64,000 nucleotides of DNA from Candidatus Magasanikbacteria bacterium CG_4_10_14_0_2_um_filter_41_10 (lineage in GTDB: Bacteria > Patescibacteriota > Patescibacteriia > Magasanikbacterales > UBA922). Positions within the stretch are counted from its first letter, which is position 1. Every line of letters begins with the position of its first letter. The stretch spans positions 293 to 64,292 of the forward strand of contig PFPJ01000055.1 of assembly GCA_002792995.1 (NCBI GenBank), in the 5' to 3' direction. The notes beneath the pieces are model-generated. The model saw nothing but the letters and a program-made list of their open reading frames with translations, was not told where the DNA came from and ran no database searches. Position numbers and translations under genes: made by a program. Positions 19,747 to 27,668 of the stretch are shown here, piece after piece.

Positions 19747-21480
19747 CTACTCTCTTGTGACGCGCAATACTTCTTCGATACTCGTCATTCCTTGTTTTGC
19801 TTTAATCAGACCATCTTCAAGCATGGTAATCATCCCATTTTTGATTGCATATTCTTTGATTTGTGTTGCCGTCCCTCGATTGTTGATCAATTCAGCAACC
19901 CCTGCATCTACTTCAAGGATTTCATAAATACCAATACGTCCTTTATATCCACTTTGATCACACTTTCGACAGCCTGGAGAGCGGAAAAATTCCATAGCAG
20001 ATAGTTTTTTCTCGGCAGTTTTGAGTTTGATATCGTGTTCAGTAAAGAGTTTGATGGCCGTACGGACATCAACCAATTTTTGCAATTCTTTTACTGCCGG
20101 TGCGTCGAGTTTGAAAGGGGTACGACAGTGATCACAGAGTCGTCGTACCAAACGCTGGGCAATGATGATATTTGCGGTAAAAGCGATCAAAAATGGAGGA
20201 ATGCCCATATCCATAAGACGTGGCAATGTGGTTGGGGCATCATTTGTATGGAGTGTCGAAAGCACGAGATGCCCTGTCATAGCTGCATGCATAGCAATCT
20301 CCGCAGTTTCTTGATCACGAATTTCTCCTACCATGATAATGTCTGGATCTTGGCGCAAAAATGCTCTGAGACCAGATGCAAAACTAAAACCAACACGTGG
20401 ATTGATCTGACTTTGATTGATGCCGCCGACATGGTATTCAATAGGATCTTCAATTGTTGAAATATTTACATTTGGTTGGTTCAAAATACCAAGCACAGAA
20501 TACAACGTTGTTGTTTTTCCACTTCCTGTTGGCCCTGTTACGAGTACCATACCGTGTGGTCTTTGGATAGCAGCATCCACCAATTTTCGGGGTCCTGGGA
20601 GAAAACCAAGTTGATCGAGTGTTAATGGTTTTTGTCCTTCGTGAAGAACACGCATAACTATTTTTTCTCCATCATACACAGGGATAATAGATACACGAAA
20701 TGCCAGTTCTTCTTCGTTCACTTCAATTTTGAATCGTCCATCCTGTGGAAGCATGTGTTCATCTATTTTGAGGTTGGCAAGAATTTTGATACGTGCGGTG
20801 ATGCCATTGCGTACTTGCGTAGGGAGGTGCATCACTGAATGAAGCATTCCGTCTACACGATATCTGACAGAAACATCTTTTTCTGTTGGTTCTATGTGAA
20901 TATCACTCGCATCTTGAAAAATAGCGTGTTCTAGAATACTTTTGACAATATTGATAATAGGAAGTTCCTCCGCTGCTTTTTTGAGTTCTTCTGGTTTATA
21001 GTTTTTTGTTTGCTTTGATGTCACCCCTGCGAGCTTCAATTCTTCTTCGAGACCCGCACGATAGAAACGAAGTGCACGTTTGATACTGCTTGGTGTGGCA
21101 AGAGAAACTGCTGGGATAAGGCCTGTTTTTCTCCTCATGAATTCAATCGTTTGGATATCAAGAGGATCAATCATTGCCAGGTAAATCGTATCTTTTGTTT
21201 TTTCAAATGCAATGATGTAGTGCGTTTCAGCGAGTGGCTGAGGGACAATAAGGAGTGTGTCTCTGGGAATTTCTTTTTCAGTCAAATCTACCAGTGGCAC
21301 GTCCATTTCCTTGCTCAAATATGCATAGAGTTCTTTTTCTTTTACAACCCCATCCTCAATGAGAGATAGTTCTAGTCTTTTTTCTGATGTTTCTGCGTTT
21401 GCTTTGAGTTCCTCAATTTTGGCAGGTTTCATCTTTTTTACCTCAGTCAGGTATGTGGTGATAATATCTTTTGGAAACAT
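19747..21480 (-). CDS. pilB: Type IV pilus assembly ATPase PilB (GspE family)
   Basis: ASDIHIEP, PQDGRF, TGPTGSGKTTTLY, LRQDPDIIMVGEIRD, GHLVLSTLHTN, two CxxC. Confidence 0.95.
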   Translation of the reverse strand: MFPKDIITTYLTEVKKMKPAKIEELKANAETSEKRLELSLIEDGVVKEKELYAYLSKEMDVPLVDLTEKEIPRDTLLIVPQPLAETHYIIAFEKTKDTIYLAMIDPLDIQTIEFMRRKTGLIPAVSLATPSSIKRALRFYRAGLEEELKLAGVTSKQTKNYKPEELKKAAEELPIINIVKSILEHAIFQDASDIHIEPTEKDVSVRYRVDGMLHSVMHLPTQVRNGITARIKILANLKIDEHMLPQDGRFKIEVNEEELAFRVSIIPVYDGEKIVMRVLHEGQKPLTLDQLGFLPGPRKLVDAAIQRPHGMVLVTGPTGSGKTTTLYSVLGILNQPNVNISTIEDPIEYHVGGINQSQINPRVGFSFASGLRAFLRQDPDIIMVGEIRDQETAEIAMHAAMTGHLVLSTLHTNDAPTTLPRLMDMGIPPFLIAFTANIIIAQRLVRRLCDHCRTPFKLDAPAVKELQKLVDVRTAIKLFTEHDIKLKTAEKKLSAMEFFRSPGCRKCDQSGYKGRIGIYEILEVDAGVAELINNRGTATQIKEYAIKNGMITMLEDGLIKAKQGMTSIEEVLRVTRE

Positions 21481-21545
21481 AAAAGTATAGATTTATAGAC
21501 CTATCATAGCATAGATACCGAAGAGCGCTCAATAGAGGCAAAACC

Positions 21546-21664
21546 TTGACAATACCCGTATAGATTGCTATAGTACTGCCTACTACAAAAGACACAGCGC
21601 ACCTATCTGCTGGGAGGTCGACTCCGGCACTGGAGGAGATAGGCTAAATCTTATATAATATACT
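21546..21664 (+). promoter_or_regulatory. rpsF promoter and structured 5' leader
   Basis: TTGACA 21546-21551, 17-bp spacer, TGcTATAGT ending 21574; leader stem CCTATCT...AGATAGG. Confidence 0.6.
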
Positions 21665-22252
21665 ATGAAGCAGTACGAACTATTAGTCGTACTCCCTGGC
21701 ACGATGGAAGAAACTATGGTTTCTACTATCATTGCACAGGTGAAAAACATTGTCGAACAAAAAGGGGGATCTCAGATCACCATGCAGGATCGAGGAAAGA
21801 GCCGATTGGCATATCCAATGAAGCATATCCGATATGGATATTTTCATATCGTTCACTTTACTGCAGAAGAAGGGAGTGTTATCCCTGAAATTCAGAAAGA
21901 GCTTGCTTTGATTGGTGAGATTCTCCGTGCACTTATTACCACGTTTGATCCAACCATGCGTGCAGAAACACAAAAAAAACTTGGCCGCACAGAAGAAGGT
22001 CCAATGAAAACGCTTGCGAGCGTGTTCGAGCGGTTTGGTGGAGAAGCAAAAATTGGTGATGCACCTGTTGTTGAACCAAAAAAGAGGGAAGAAGCAAAAG
22101 AAGAAAAGCCTGTTGAAACAGAAGTTTCTCCTGTGGAAACACAAGAAGCAAACGCTGAAACGAAACCACAAGAAGAGACACAACCAATTGCAATGGAAGA
22201 TATCGACAAAAAGTTGGATCAGCTTCTGGAGGATGATCTCAAACAAGTCTAA
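21665..22252 (+). CDS. rpsF: 30S ribosomal protein S6 with long acidic C-terminal extension
   Basis: MKQYELLVVL, GKSRLAYPMKH..GYF; rpsF-ssb-rpsR order. Confidence 0.93.
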   Translation: MKQYELLVVLPGTMEETMVSTIIAQVKNIVEQKGGSQITMQDRGKSRLAYPMKHIRYGYFHIVHFTAEEGSVIPEIQKELALIGEILRALITTFDPTMRAETQKKLGRTEEGPMKTLASVFERFGGEAKIGDAPVVEPKKREEAKEEKPVETEVSPVETQEANAETKPQEETQPIAMEDIDKKLDQLLEDDLKQV

Positions 22253-22295
22253 TTCTCCCGCTTGCAATGCAGGCAGGTTTTAATCACATGTCTCT

Positions 22296-22730
22296 ATGGA
22301 TCTCAATCGTGCAACCATCCTCGGGCGTTTGACTCGAGACCCGGAAATTCGTTCTACGACGAGTGGCAAAAGTGTTGCGACACTCAGTGTCGCTACCAAT
22401 CGTGTCTGGTCAGATCAGTCTGGACAAAAACAGGAACAGGCAGAATTTCATACCTGTGTCCTCTGGGGAAAACTCGCTGACATCGCAGGCCAATATCTGA
22501 GTAAGGGCCGACGTGTCTATGTAGAAGGACGTATCCAGACTCGTGATTGGGCTGGCAATGACGGTGTAAAACGATACCGTACGGAAATTGTTGCAGACAA
22601 TCTCATCATGCTCGATGGAGCACGTGGAACCGGTGCACCATCTATGGGTGGAAACGATGACGACAGTCAGCCACCTATTGATGACAATGATAGTGCCGAC
22701 GAAATCAAAGTAGAGGACATCCCATTTTAA
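22296..22730 (+). CDS. ssb: Single-stranded DNA-binding protein
   Basis: [30 protein letters not shown]-terminal DIPF. Confidence 0.97.
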   Translation: MDLNRATILGRLTRDPEIRSTTSGKSVATLSVATNRVWSDQSGQKQEQAEFHTCVLWGKLADIAGQYLSKGRRVYVEGRIQTRDWAGNDGVKRYRTEIVADNLIMLDGARGTGAPSMGGNDDDSQPPIDDNDSADEIKVEDIPF

Positions 22731-22737
22731 GATTTTT

Positions 22738-22986
22738 ATGGAACGACGACAACAACACAATAATAACAAACCAAAAAAGCAAGAAAAACGATACTGTTTT
22801 TTCAAGGCACACGATATCCAAGATGTAGATTACAAGGATATTGAGACGCTTCGACGGTTTCTTTCTTCAAATATGAAGATCAAACCTCGAAGAAAAACAG
22901 GTCTTTCTTCAAAATACCAACGCAAGGTTGCAAAAGCAATCAAGCAAGCACGTATTGCAGGACTTCTCGGATTTACTGCAAAGTAA
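22738..22986 (+). CDS. rpsR: 30S ribosomal protein S18
   Basis: [37 protein letters not shown]. Confidence 0.96.
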   Translation: MERRQQHNNNKPKKQEKRYCFFKAHDIQDVDYKDIETLRRFLSSNMKIKPRRKTGLSSKYQRKVAKAIKQARIAGLLGFTAK

Positions 22987-23049
22987 ATATTCAAACAGAA
23001 AAAACATCCCTGAATGGGATGTTTTTTTGTATATATTTTTTTAGTATGC

Positions 23050-23228
23050 ACCTCGGTCCGGACGGGTGACACAGTGCTCATGTTCAGTGAGCCGCTGTGT
23101 TCCCGTCCGGACCTTGGTTTCGTGACGCTTGTCATGGGTGAAGTCGCCTCAGCGACTCAACACCCGCGCATCACACGGCATCTCGCCGTTCATCTGAGTG
23201 CATTTCGCACCCAGGTGGGGTGCTACTC
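23050..23228 (-). ncRNA. GC-rich structured non-coding segment (candidate sRNA or 3' UTR)
   Basis: Long stem GGTCCGGACGGG (23055-66)/CCCGTCCGGACC (23102-13) with inner ACACAG/CTGTGT and GCTCA/TGAGC; second stem CTGGGTGC-GAAAT-GCACTCAG on the minus strand. Confidence 0.45.
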
Positions 23229-23336
23229 CTATCCGGCGCGATTGTTTGGTCGGGGGAGCCGACAGTTCTTCATGCGCCCGCCGGTGATGTACTGGAACTG
23301 GCGGCGGGGCTGGCTGTGCTTCGAGACGGGAAGCAT
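23229..23336 (-). CDS. GC-rich orphan small basic peptide (35 aa)
   Basis: GAGGAG-agccgcc-ATG; MLPVSKHSQPRRQFQYITGGRMKNCRLPRPNNRAG*; upstream TTGCTA...TATACT promoter. Confidence 0.45.
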   Translation of the reverse strand: MLPVSKHSQPRRQFQYITGGRMKNCRLPRPNNRAG

Positions 23337-23437
23337 GGCGGCTCTCCTCGGTTTGAGAAAAGAAAAAAGGCGGCACTGTACCCCCTCTTCATATCTATAG
23401 TATACACATGGTGTATGTTTTTTAGCAAATGGTATTG

Positions 23438-24805
23438 TTATACTTTTTCCAATACTACTAATCCTTCTATGTGTGGTGTACGTGGAAAAAAGTTGTAGAG
23501 TTTGAAAAAAATTGGCTTATAGTGTTCGCTCAGCATCTTCATATCGCGTGCTTGGGTAGACAGATTGCATGAAAGATAGATGATACGTTCTGGTTTCACA
23601 GCCAAAAGACGTTGGATTACAGAGACGTGGAGTCCTGCGCGTGGAGGATCAAGGATGATTTGGCGTTCTGCTGTGATTGCATCTACCATTTTTTCTGCAG
23701 GCATACAATGAACGACCGCATTTGGGATTTTGTTGAGATCAATATTTTTTTGTGCGTAGTATGTTGCCTCTTCATTACTTTCTACGAGAATAGTTTTTTC
23801 TCGATTCATGGCAAGAGGGAGAGATATCGCCCCAACACCAGCATAAAAATCAATAAGTGGTTTTTTGGGATCAAGAAATGCTGCCATATCCTTGAGTGCC
23901 ATTTCAAATAGTGGTGGATTGATTTGAAAAAAGCTCAGCGCACCAAAGGTAAGTGGTGTTCCCAATATATTTTGTTGAAGTTCATCCTGTCCTATCGTAT
24001 ATAGCAGTTCAGTCGGTACTGCAGCGGGACTTTTGTGCGTGGAATAGTAGAGTTGGAAACCCACCATGTTTTCGTGGAGTGTTGGATATGTATCAAATGT
24101 CAATTTATCTTTGATAAAAAGGGCGGCGATTGTTTTTCCATCGGACGTGCCTCGCACGATAAGACTTTTCAGACTACGAATCGGGATCTGTTGTTCGTTT
24201 ATCCATTTGAGAATATATTGTGATGTGTTCGTTATGTGTGGCATGGAGAGTGCCGATGATGTCACGGCAAAACGTGTCTTTCCCCCACGTTCAAAAAACG
24301 CAAGTGAGATAGGTTCTGTGTTTGGAGGAGGTGGAAGAGCAAGATGATCTTTTCCATGTGTGGTCGTCCGCAATGCTAAATACGGAGAGGTAAAAGTAAA
24401 TTCCATTTTGTTGCGATACCCATAGTCTACACCGTCAGATGCGATATCGAGTGAATTAGCACTCAAAATAAGATCCCCAATTTTACTATATGTTTCTGCT
24501 GCAATTGCTTTTTTCCAATAGTTCTCTCGTTCTGGTGAGAGAATTTGCCATGGACTTGTAGAAAGAAAATATGTTTCTTTTGGTGTCGTGCGTTCTGGTG
24601 AAGGTTTTATAATAGTGACTGCGACTGCTTCCAGATATGTTTTTTTATTTTTTATAATTTCTATCTCAAGCATTTCCTGAGGGAGGGCATTCCATACAAA
24701 GACTGTTTTGCCATTGAATCGTGGATTGCCAACATCGCCGAGTCGAGTTAATCCTTGACCACCGAAGACAAGTTTTTCAATTGTGACAGTATAGCGGTCT
24801 TTCAT
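23438..24805 (-). CDS. TrmA/RlmD-family RNA (uracil-5)-methyltransferase
   Basis: TRAM-like N-terminus, YGYRNKMEF, SFFQIN, DFYAGVG, LDPPRAG, YLSCN, FPRTPHIE. Confidence 0.92.
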   Translation of the reverse strand: MKDRYTVTIEKLVFGGQGLTRLGDVGNPRFNGKTVFVWNALPQEMLEIEIIKNKKTYLEAVAVTIIKPSPERTTPKETYFLSTSPWQILSPERENYWKKAIAAETYSKIGDLILSANSLDIASDGVDYGYRNKMEFTFTSPYLALRTTTHGKDHLALPPPPNTEPISLAFFERGGKTRFAVTSSALSMPHITNTSQYILKWINEQQIPIRSLKSLIVRGTSDGKTIAALFIKDKLTFDTYPTLHENMVGFQLYYSTHKSPAAVPTELLYTIGQDELQQNILGTPLTFGALSFFQINPPLFEMALKDMAAFLDPKKPLIDFYAGVGAISLPLAMNREKTILVESNEEATYYAQKNIDLNKIPNAVVHCMPAEKMVDAITAERQIILDPPRAGLHVSVIQRLLAVKPERIIYLSCNLSTQARDMKMLSEHYKPIFFKLYNFFPRTPHIEGLVVLEKV

Positions 24806-24847
24806 ATAGGTATACTACAAAATGGCTATTATCATAGGCCGTATCAG

Positions 24848-25840
24848 CTATGAAGTCAATGGTGTTCCTTCTGGAATTGTTTTCATCATGGCATCACTGA
24901 TCCATTCAAGCAGAGACCCCTGCCATCCATGTGCAGTAAAGACTCCTTCGTTTGATACATGACGTTTTTGACCTTTGTGGATGACATATATGTTTGGGGA
25001 TCCTGTGGAAATGACGAGCACTCCTTCCTTTATAAGGGCAGGTTCATTTTTTGTTGGAAAATAGCCCGTGTTAACTTCTAGTCCATCGCCATATCCATCG
25101 CCATCTGAATCATAGAGGTAGGGGACTGTCCCATGTTGAAATTCTTCTGTTTTTGAGAGACCATCACGGTCACCATCGAGCAGTGCTGTCTCGCCCATGT
25201 CTGGATTGGTGAAGATGGCTCGCTTTGGACCATTGGCAACATCACCAGAAAGAAAATCGTGCATAGCATCCAGAATGGTAGCATAGGTATATCGATAGCT
25301 ATGTCCATACTGTGTGCCTGGATCTTCTGTAATAAATACGCCGTCTGTATCATCATAGCCAGAGAGCACGATCATGTGATATGGAAATGGGCCACCAAAG
25401 TTTTCATTGTGCAATGCTGGCGCGTAGGCAGGGACAATAATAGGTCTTCCATCTGCCAATTCAGCTTTCATATCAGCAAGCGTTGGGTCATCTACCACAT
25501 GGGCACTCCAGGGCAAAAATGTATTGATCGTATTCACGATTGTCCTAGCATTTTCATCAAGACTCGTGCCATGGATAGTTTTTTTCATATTAAAAATTTC
25601 AAAGATGCCCCTTTTTGCATCCTCTGCCGTTTCAATATTTTTTTGCAAATAAAATCGATGAACCATAAATACACTTGTTTCTTCACAAGCATCTTTCCAA
25701 GGTTGTATCCATATACCATCAGGTGCTTGGGATGTGAAAGGCACATTGAGTTGTGTTGCCGCCTGCACGGGTGACCCCAAAAAAAAGAGCACGAAGAGCA
25801 TGAGAGAAAAAGCAATGGACGTTGTGGTAGTATGATTCAT
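24848..25840 (-). CDS. Secreted C39-like peptidase with Ca-binding (TSP3-like) repeat
   Basis: LNVPFTSQAP...ACEETS, YHMIVLSGYD, EDPGT; DGDRDGL..EE...DSDGDGYGDGLEV. Confidence 0.8.
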   Translation of the reverse strand: MNHTTTTSIAFSLMLFVLFFLGSPVQAATQLNVPFTSQAPDGIWIQPWKDACEETSVFMVHRFYLQKNIETAEDAKRGIFEIFNMKKTIHGTSLDENARTIVNTINTFLPWSAHVVDDPTLADMKAELADGRPIIVPAYAPALHNENFGGPFPYHMIVLSGYDDTDGVFITEDPGTQYGHSYRYTYATILDAMHDFLSGDVANGPKRAIFTNPDMGETALLDGDRDGLSKTEEFQHGTVPYLYDSDGDGYGDGLEVNTGYFPTKNEPALIKEGVLVISTGSPNIYVIHKGQKRHVSNEGVFTAHGWQGSLLEWISDAMMKTIPEGTPLTS

Positions 25841-26544
25841 ACGTGTTTCATATTCATATATTTTTTTCTTTGTAATTTTGGAAATTTTTCAATGGCGTAT
25901 CTGAGCATTGTTCGTGGCATTTCTTTGGTATGCGCATCTAAAAATTGTGTTAAGACATGGACATCTTTTTTTCCAACTTCTCTGAGTGCCCATCCGACTG
26001 CTTTGTGTATAAGATCATGTGTATCTTGAAGCAAGATGGTACTGAGTGCAATGGTATCTTCAAATTGTCTTTCGGCAATGAAGGCAAATGTGGAAACAAT
26101 CGCAATACGTCGCTCCCACAAACTTTTTGATGTTGCCAAACGAGCTAGTATTTTCCTATTTCGTGTTCGGAGCCACGCGCCAAGGATTTTGTGAGCGCTG
26201 AGATCCACAAGATCCCAGTTGTTGATGTGTGCCGTATTTGAAAGATAGATGTCGACGACCTGTTTTTTTGTTTGTTCGTCGCCCCGTTCAAATTGTGATA
26301 CGAGGATAAGGAGCGCGATGAGGCGGTATTCATGTTTTTTGCTTTTGAGAAGTCTCAAGAGCGTTGTTGTTGATTCATTGCGAAATGTTTTGGCAATGGC
26401 GCGTTGCATAGGGACGGTCAGACCGAGGAAAACGTCTCCTTCGCCATATTCACCTTTGCCAGTTTTAAAAAAACGCATCGACTGTATCGCTCTTTCTGTA
26501 TCTGCTTGTGCATTGATTGCTTGTGTTATGGCAGAGAAACTCAT
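25837..26544 (-). CDS. DNA alkylation repair enzyme (AlkD-like)
   Basis: FFKTGKGEYGEGDVFLG, INNWDLVD, LWERR, DLIHKAVGWALRE. Confidence 0.92.
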   Translation of the reverse strand: MSFSAITQAINAQADTERAIQSMRFFKTGKGEYGEGDVFLGLTVPMQRAIAKTFRNESTTTLLRLLKSKKHEYRLIALLILVSQFERGDEQTKKQVVDIYLSNTAHINNWDLVDLSAHKILGAWLRTRNRKILARLATSKSLWERRIAIVSTFAFIAERQFEDTIALSTILLQDTHDLIHKAVGWALREVGKKDVHVLTQFLDAHTKEMPRTMLRYAIEKFPKLQRKKYMNMKHV

Positions 26545-26589
26545 ATATGGTATAGTATACCATGTTGTAGGGTATTAATATTGTTTCAT

Positions 26590-26796
26590 ATGTACAAGTA
26601 TCGATATATCTTGTTTGGACTTGTGTTGCTTCTGATTCCTGGAGTTGCATTTGCACATACGGACAGTGATCTCCACAATGCACTTGGTATATTTGGTCAT
26701 CCTCTTGCTGTAGGTATTTTGGCGGTTGTACTTGTTGGTGTTATTTTTGCAATGAGATATCATTCAAAAAATAAAAATAGTGATGATATCGTGTAA
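26590..26796 (+). CDS. Small membrane protein
   Basis: Start MYKYRY at 26590; signal-like segment ending AFAH plus a second TM. Confidence 0.6.
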   Translation: MYKYRYILFGLVLLLIPGVAFAHTDSDLHNALGIFGHPLAVGILAVVLVGVIFAMRYHSKNKNSDDIV

Positions 26797-26864
26797 GTGT
26801 GCGACTATATCATGATAAAAATCGCCAGGTGGGCGATTTTTATTTGTTATTTGGATTTTTTATG

Positions 26865-27551
26865 TTATTCGCACCCGAGTGCTGTACGACATTGCGCCTG
26901 TGCATCTGCGCCAGGTGCTTGATCACACACACTACAGTCTACTGCTGTGTTTGATGCGCCAGTGGTGGGTTGGAACATTTGGCTTCCAAGAGAAAATTCT
27001 TTGAATGTAATATCTTTTGGTGTTTCAAATACGCTATTGTCTGCATGCCATAGTGTACAGTGATAGTCAATGTGTTGATCTGGGTCCACAAAGTTATTGC
27101 TGTCTGCTGTCGAGGTTGCAGTTATGACTGTTTTCATTTTTAGTCCCTTTTTTGCATCAAATGCTGCTCCCCAGGTGTATGCCCATCCATCGTTGAGGAT
27201 GACATGTGAATCCTTGATTGTGTCATCTTGTTTCCTGACCGTAATGTCAGCACGAACTCGTCCAGTATCAATATAGGTTGTGCCTTGTTGTATCCCATAT
27301 CCATCATCTTGAGAAAAGGTACAGGTGAGACTTTTACCAGATGCCAGAATATCACGGAGAGTGTTTTGTGTTATGGGAGTTTCTGCCGTATTGTCTGCTA
27401 CAGTGGGCGTATCAGTCGCTGATGTATCTAGAGCAGTAGTTGTGTTGAGTGGCGTTGTATCTTTTTGTTGTTGAGTGAGTATATAGACTCCTCCGCCGAG
27501 AATAATGAGGACGAGCACTATGATAATAGCGATAAGTGATTGTTTTTTCAT
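26865..27551 (-). CDS. Hypothetical membrane-anchored exported protein
   Basis: N-terminal TM, Thr-rich linker, C-terminal CSVC...C...C. Confidence 0.75.
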   Translation of the reverse strand: MKKQSLIAIIIVLVLIILGGGVYILTQQQKDTTPLNTTTALDTSATDTPTVADNTAETPITQNTLRDILASGKSLTCTFSQDDGYGIQQGTTYIDTGRVRADITVRKQDDTIKDSHVILNDGWAYTWGAAFDAKKGLKMKTVITATSTADSNNFVDPDQHIDYHCTLWHADNSVFETPKDITFKEFSLGSQMFQPTTGASNTAVDCSVCDQAPGADAQAQCRTALGCE

Positions 27552-27668
27552 ACGATAAAAAAAGATATGAGGTATGTCTATAGTATGGTAGGGAATGGGG
27601 AACTTTGCAAGTAGGAAGAAAGAAAAACACCCGCCAATGGCGAGTGTTTTTTGTGTTTGTGAGTTGTA

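Noticed and set aside
23040-23400. tmRNA, RNase P RNA or SRP RNA; ORF-track ORFs 23014-23400 and 23149-23376
   Set aside because: No tRNA-like ends, GAGGAAAGTCC or SRP loop motif seen; those ORFs lack start signals, while the 35-aa frame has a strong SD.
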